Assembly: GCA_963845565.1 (NCBI GenBank)
Contig: CAWJSJ010000002.1
Coordinates: 2,112,001-2,176,000, forward strand
DNA: 64,000 nt
From: an uncultured Methylomirabilota bacterium
GTDB lineage: Bacteria; Methylomirabilota; Methylomirabilia; Methylomirabilales; 2-02-FULL-66-22
Direction of reading: 5' to 3'
Positions 59,850 through 64,000 of this stretch are shown here, piece after piece (the first letter of the stretch is position 1; each line of letters starts with the position of its first letter). Position numbers and translations under genes: made by a program. The notes under the pieces were generated by a model. That model had not been told where the DNA came from. It saw nothing but the letters and a program-made list of their open reading frames with translations, and ran no database searches.

Positions 59850-62251
59850 TAAGCGATGGTCGCCGCCCTGACCTGCTGGAGGGTGGTGCGACCCTGCAGA
59901 ACCTTGATCGCCCCGTCCTGCAGGAGGGTGGTCATTCCCTCGTCCACGGCCACCTTCCGAAGCTGCTCGGCGGTGGCGCGTTTCAGGATCGCGCGCTTGA
60001 TCCGGTCGGTCCCGAGCAGGAGCTCGTGCAGGCCGAGCCGGCCGTGGAGCCCGCTGCCCCGGCAGAGGTCGCAGCCCGTGCCGCGATACAGGACGAGGCC
60101 GTCCGTATAGGTGTACCCGAGCGTCTCCAAGACCGCCAAGCCGCACACCCGGGCCAGCTCGTCGAACTCCTCTTTGGGCGGATGGTACGCCTCGCGGCAT
60201 TTCGCGCAGACCGCCCGGCACAGCCGCTGGGCCAGCACCCCCACCAGGGCGTCGGCGACGCCGAAGCAGTCCAATCCCAGGTCCAGCAGGCGTGAGACGG
60301 TCTCCACGGCGCCGCCCGCGCGCAGGGTGCCGAGGACCAGATGGCCTGCCAGCGCTGCCTCGAGGAGCGCATCCCAGGTGTCCTGGGTCCGCACGGCATC
60401 CACCGCGATCACGTCCGGGTCGGCGCGGAGCGCCGCGCGGACGGCCGCGGCGACGGTCACGCCGCGTGCGGGTTGGACCTGGACTCGGCGCAGACCGGTG
60501 TGGGCCGTCTCGATCGGGTCTTGGATACTCCAGACCTTGCGCTCGACCGCATCGACGGCACCGAGGATGGCGCCGAGCGCAGCGGTGGCGCCGGCGCCCG
60601 GCGGGCTCCCGCAGAGGAACAAGCCAGCGGGTCTGGACGCGATCGCGTGAAGGGTGTGGAGGTTTCGCTCGGCGAGACCGAGTTGGTCCAGCGACAGGGG
60701 CACGCTCGCCGGCAGGAGGTGCATCACCAGGTCCTCGTTCGACCCGGCCGTCGGGAGCGTGGCGACGCGCAGGGCGACCTCTCGGTTGTCGACGACATAC
60801 GTTCCCCGACCCTCCTGGGGCGCGCGCCGCTCGGCGGGATCGAGTCCGGCCACGGCCTTGCAGTGAGCCACCAGGGCCAGCCCCTCTGCCGCCGGCAGCG
60901 TGGTATGCTCGACACACAGACCGTCCACCCGGAAACGAATGACGCACGCCCGCTGGCCGCCCTGCGGCTCGAGGTGCACGTGCGACGCCCCGACCCGGCA
61001 GGCGTCACGCATGATCTGATCGGCGACTCGGGTGCCGGCCGCCTCGCTCGCCTCCCCAGGCTTACTTCCCTGGTCCTCTCCGGTCTGCCCCATGGGCATT
61101 TCCGGCTCCCGCTGGTGGGCCACCTCGTCCGCCGTGTCTTCCGCGGCCGCTTCGCAGACCAGCGGCGCGGTTGCGACGGAGACCGGTGCCTCTGCATCGA
61201 CGGACCGGCTCGGCGTGTCCGCAACGGACGCATCGTCAGGCGTGCGACCGGCAGGGCCGGTCACCGCGTCGAGGAATCGCAGGATATCCGCGCGCAGACC
61301 GACGGCGAACCGGATGGGCCGGCCAGGGAAGGTCCGCTTGATATCCTGGATACGGTTCAGGTGATTTGGGTCGTCGCTCAGGATATGGACGCCGTCCTTG
61401 TCGTGCTTCAGGGGAATCCAGCCGTTGTTCCGCAGGGTTTCGGGATTCACGCTGTCGAGCAGAGTCGGATCGAGGCTCGTCGCGCCGTCGTATTCGATGA
61501 AGGGGCACCGGTAGAACTGGCTGAGGGACTTCCCGATGTCCGCCCTGGGGACCTGGTACTGCTCCAGCAGGACCGTTTCGACGTCAACCTGACCCTGCTG
61601 CGCCTCCCGGATCGCCTGCTCCAAATCGGCTTGGGTGATCCGGTTGTGGGCTACCAGATAGTCGAACTTGGTGGGGATCCGCCGGGAGACCTTGAGTCGG
61701 TTGAAAAACGCGATCCCCAATGTCTGGGCGAGTTCGGAGACCGCGTCCTCGTCCTTCTGGGTGAATCGTCCGCCACTCTTCTTGTTCACGAGCTGTATCA
61801 CGCCCATCAGATACTTGCCATCGGCCACGATCGGGTAGGTCAGGATCTGCTTGGTGCGGAATCCGCTCTTCCGGTCCCAGGAGCTGTCGAACGTGAGCGC
61901 CGGGCTGACGGCGCGAAGCTCGGCGCGGCTGTACGCGTCCGCGATGTTCACGGGGCGGCGGAACTTGGCAGCGAAGCCGGCGATGCTCTGCTCGCTGATG
62001 GGGACGCGGATCTCGCGGATCTTGTTGATATCGAGAAACTTGGAGTAGATCTCGCGCCGTTCGGCGTCCACGACGTACAGGGTCAGCAGCTCCGCGTCGA
62101 GCACCTGGAGGATCTCATCCTTGAGGTCCACCACGATGTGGTCCAAATCCTTGGCAGAATGGATCCGATTGATGATCTCTTTGACGTGTTCCGCGCGGGC
62201 GACTTTCTGCTCGAGTTCTTCCACCCTACTGGAACGGCCTTCGGTCTCCAT
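59849..62251 (-). CDS. GAF domain + GspE/PilB-family ATPase-like protein with degenerate catalytic motifs
   Basis: GAF (SIAGF, FD.SWD.KSGFRTKQIL, QLVNKK...FT..DE); ERRAPQEGR, QDPIE, LRADPDVI, AQRLCR.VC..C, GCDLC. Confidence 0.88.
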   Translation of the reverse strand: METEGRSSRVEELEQKVARAEHVKEIINRIHSAKDLDHIVVDLKDEILQVLDAELLTLYVVDAERREIYSKFLDINKIREIRVPISEQSIAGFAAKFRRPVNIADAYSRAELRAVSPALTFDSSWDRKSGFRTKQILTYPIVADGKYLMGVIQLVNKKSGGRFTQKDEDAVSELAQTLGIAFFNRLKVSRRIPTKFDYLVAHNRITQADLEQAIREAQQGQVDVETVLLEQYQVPRADIGKSLSQFYRCPFIEYDGATSLDPTLLDSVNPETLRNNGWIPLKHDKDGVHILSDDPNHLNRIQDIKRTFPGRPIRFAVGLRADILRFLDAVTGPAGRTPDDASVADTPSRSVDAEAPVSVATAPLVCEAAAEDTADEVAHQREPEMPMGQTGEDQGSKPGEASEAAGTRVADQIMRDACRVGASHVHLEPQGGQRACVIRFRVDGLCVEHTTLPAAEGLALVAHCKAVAGLDPAERRAPQEGRGTYVVDNREVALRVATLPTAGSNEDLVMHLLPASVPLSLDQLGLAERNLHTLHAIASRPAGLFLCGSPPGAGATAALGAILGAVDAVERKVWSIQDPIETAHTGLRRVQVQPARGVTVAAAVRAALRADPDVIAVDAVRTQDTWDALLEAALAGHLVLGTLRAGGAVETVSRLLDLGLDCFGVADALVGVLAQRLCRAVCAKCREAYHPPKEEFDELARVCGLAVLETLGYTYTDGLVLYRGTGCDLCRGSGLHGRLGLHELLLGTDRIKRAILKRATAEQLRKVAVDEGMTTLLQDGAIKVLQGRTTLQQVRAATIA

Positions 62252-62574
62252 GTGTCTCACTCCCCCTGCCTTCCGGCGCAGGTCCATCCGCGTCGCGTGC
62301 CCCTGGTGCCTTTGGGGTGACCCGAGGACGGTGCGCGGTGAGCCGCCGCCCTTCCCGGGTCTGGGACGAGTTGCCGGCAGAAGACTAGCGATCGTTTTTG
62401 GCGAAGGCAAGTTGAAAGATGACCTGCGACATTCGCTTGCCCAGCGGGTCGCCTGGCAGTATGCTCTCGCGCGATCACATGCGAGGGTGCGACCCAGGGG
62501 CACCCCCGCCGGGCACGACCATTATTGCCCCGGCTCCTCCACCTGGGGGAGGTGCCCCCGTTCAGGAGGCCCCC

Positions 62575-64000
62575 GTGATTCCTGTCCATGGTTTCAACGT
62601 CATCCCGCGGATCCCGGATCAACTGCAAGGACTCTTCCGTATCGCGATGAATCTGTGGTGGTGTTGGGACCCGGAGGCGATCGACGTTTTTCGCCATCTG
62701 GACCGTATGCTCTGGGAGCGGTGCTACGCCAACCCGATCCGGATGCTGGGTCTGGTGTCTCAGGAGCGACTGGCCGAGCTGGCCACCGACGAAGGATACC
62801 TGGCCATGCTCGACCGAGTCGGCGCGCGCCTCTCCCATTACCTGGAGCGGCCGACATGGTTCGCGCAGACCCACGGAAAGAGCGGCCTTCAGGTGGCCTA
62901 CTTCTGCGCGGAGTTCGGCATCGTGGAGGGGGTCCGCTTGTACTCGGGCGGTCTCGGCATCTTGGCGGGCGATCATCTCAAGTCGGCCAGCGACCTGGGC
63001 ATCCCCCTCACGGCGGTGGGGCTGCTCTACCGCCGAGGGTATTTTCGCCAGTACCTGAACGCCGACGGCTGGCAGCAAGAACAGTATCCGGAGGCCGATT
63101 TCCATGCGCTCCCCCTGTCGCTGGAGCGAGGGCCAGACGGCAACCCGATGACCGTCTCGGTGGAGTTCCCCGGCCGGACCGTGCAGGTGCAGGTGTGGCG
63201 GGCTCAGGTCGGTCGCGTCCCGCTCTACCTCATGGACACGGACATAGACGCCAACCGGCCCGAGGACCGCGCGGTGACCTCCACGCTCTACGGCGGGGAC
63301 AAGGACCTGCGCATCCGACAGGAGATCGTCCTGGGCATCGGGGGGTTGCGGGCCCTCACGATGCTGGGGATCCAGCCCACGGTCTGCCACATGAACGAAG
63401 GGCACGCGGCCTTTCTGGCCGCCGAGCGGATCCGACAGGTGATGGAACGGTTCGGCGTCCGGTTCGCCGAGGCCAAGGAGGTGGTGGCGGCGAGCAACGT
63501 CTTCACCACCCACACGCCTGTCCCCGCCGGCATCGACGTCTTCCCTCCGGATCTGGTGGATCGGTATTTCGGTCCGACCTACGCGCAGTTCGGGCTCACG
63601 CGAGAGGCGTTTCTGGCGGCAGGTCGCCAGAATCCGGCGGACGGAAACGAACCGTTCTCCATGGCCGTCCTGGCCATCCGGCTTTCCGGGGCCACCAACG
63701 GCGTGAGCGCCCTGCATGCGCGGGTGTCGCGGCGGATGTGGGGCGGGTTATGGCCGGACGTGCCGGTGAACGATCTGCCGATCACCTCCATCACCAACGG
63801 GGTGCACGTGCGTGGCTGGCTGTCCCAGGACATGGCCGGCTTGTTCGACGCGTACCTCGGGCCGCGGTGGGTCTCCCATCCGGCCGATCAGTCGGTCTGG
63901 GAGCGGGTCGAGCAGATCCCGGACGCCGAGTTGTGGCGCACCCACGAACGGCGGCGCGAGCGGCTGGTGGGCTTCGCCCGGCGGCGGCTCCGGATGCAGC
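62575..64000 (+). CDS. glgP: alpha-glucan (glycogen) phosphorylase, runs off window end
   Basis: read by hand: NLWWCW, AYFCAEFG, YSGGLGILAGDHLKSASDLG, HMNEGH, FTTHTPVPAG, ITNGVH; AGGAGG RBS + GTG. Confidence 0.95.
   Translation, partial: MIPVHGFNVIPRIPDQLQGLFRIAMNLWWCWDPEAIDVFRHLDRMLWERCYANPIRMLGLVSQERLAELATDEGYLAMLDRVGARLSHYLERPTWFAQTHGKSGLQVAYFCAEFGIVEGVRLYSGGLGILAGDHLKSASDLGIPLTAVGLLYRRGYFRQYLNADGWQQEQYPEADFHALPLSLERGPDGNPMTVSVEFPGRTVQVQVWRAQVGRVPLYLMDTDIDANRPEDRAVTSTLYGGDKDLRIRQEIVLGIGGLRALTMLGIQPTVCHMNEGHAAFLAAERIRQVMERFGVRFAEAKEVVAASNVFTTHTPVPAGIDVFPPDLVDRYFGPTYAQFGLTREAFLAAGRQNPADGNEPFSMAVLAIRLSGATNGVSALHARVSRRMWGGLWPDVPVNDLPITSITNGVHVRGWLSQDMAGLFDAYLGPRWVSHPADQSVWERVEQIPDAELWRTHERRRERLVGFARRRLRMQ

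Noticed and set aside
1..64000. tRNA or rRNA genes
   Set aside because: None recognised in the intergenic regions by eye.

Overview
GC-rich bacterial chromosome segment. Gene content and style suggest a diderm anaerobe or facultative anaerobe such as Methylomirabilota/NC10 or a deltaproteobacterium-like lineage (inference only). Housekeeping genes (glpX, hisS-aspS, lysA, xerD, dtd, mltD-like, cutA, degP-like, dnaK-hsp20-hsp20-dnaJ-hspR, htpX, proC-yggT-divIVA-yggU, thrB, uvrC, glgP) are interleaved with accessory blocks: a TRAP transporter, two secreted proteins sharing a Trp-rich ~98-aa repeat (one a C10 cysteine protease), a lipid-hydrolase/PLD cluster, an octaheme cytochrome and a degenerate GAF-PilB ATPase. 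The main discovery is at 52074-57735, all on the minus strand. An NtrC-type sigma54 activator is followed by two candidate enhancer sites and a -24/-12 promoter. Next come three identical 44-codon secreted-peptide genes absent from the ORF track (MKKLIVLALVVLGLLAIVPAMELQSSTQVFSRVGMAEGDGGGGE) and a terminator. Last are an orphan peptide-binding (family 5) solute-binding protein and a translationally coupled HAMP histidine kinase under a separate sigma70-type promoter. This layout reads as a candidate peptide autoinducer (quorum-sensing-like) circuit. Two families of small MITE-like repeats sit at gene 3' ends, one with clear TTA/TAA target duplications. Four frameshifts between 16 and 26 kb may be sequencing errors.
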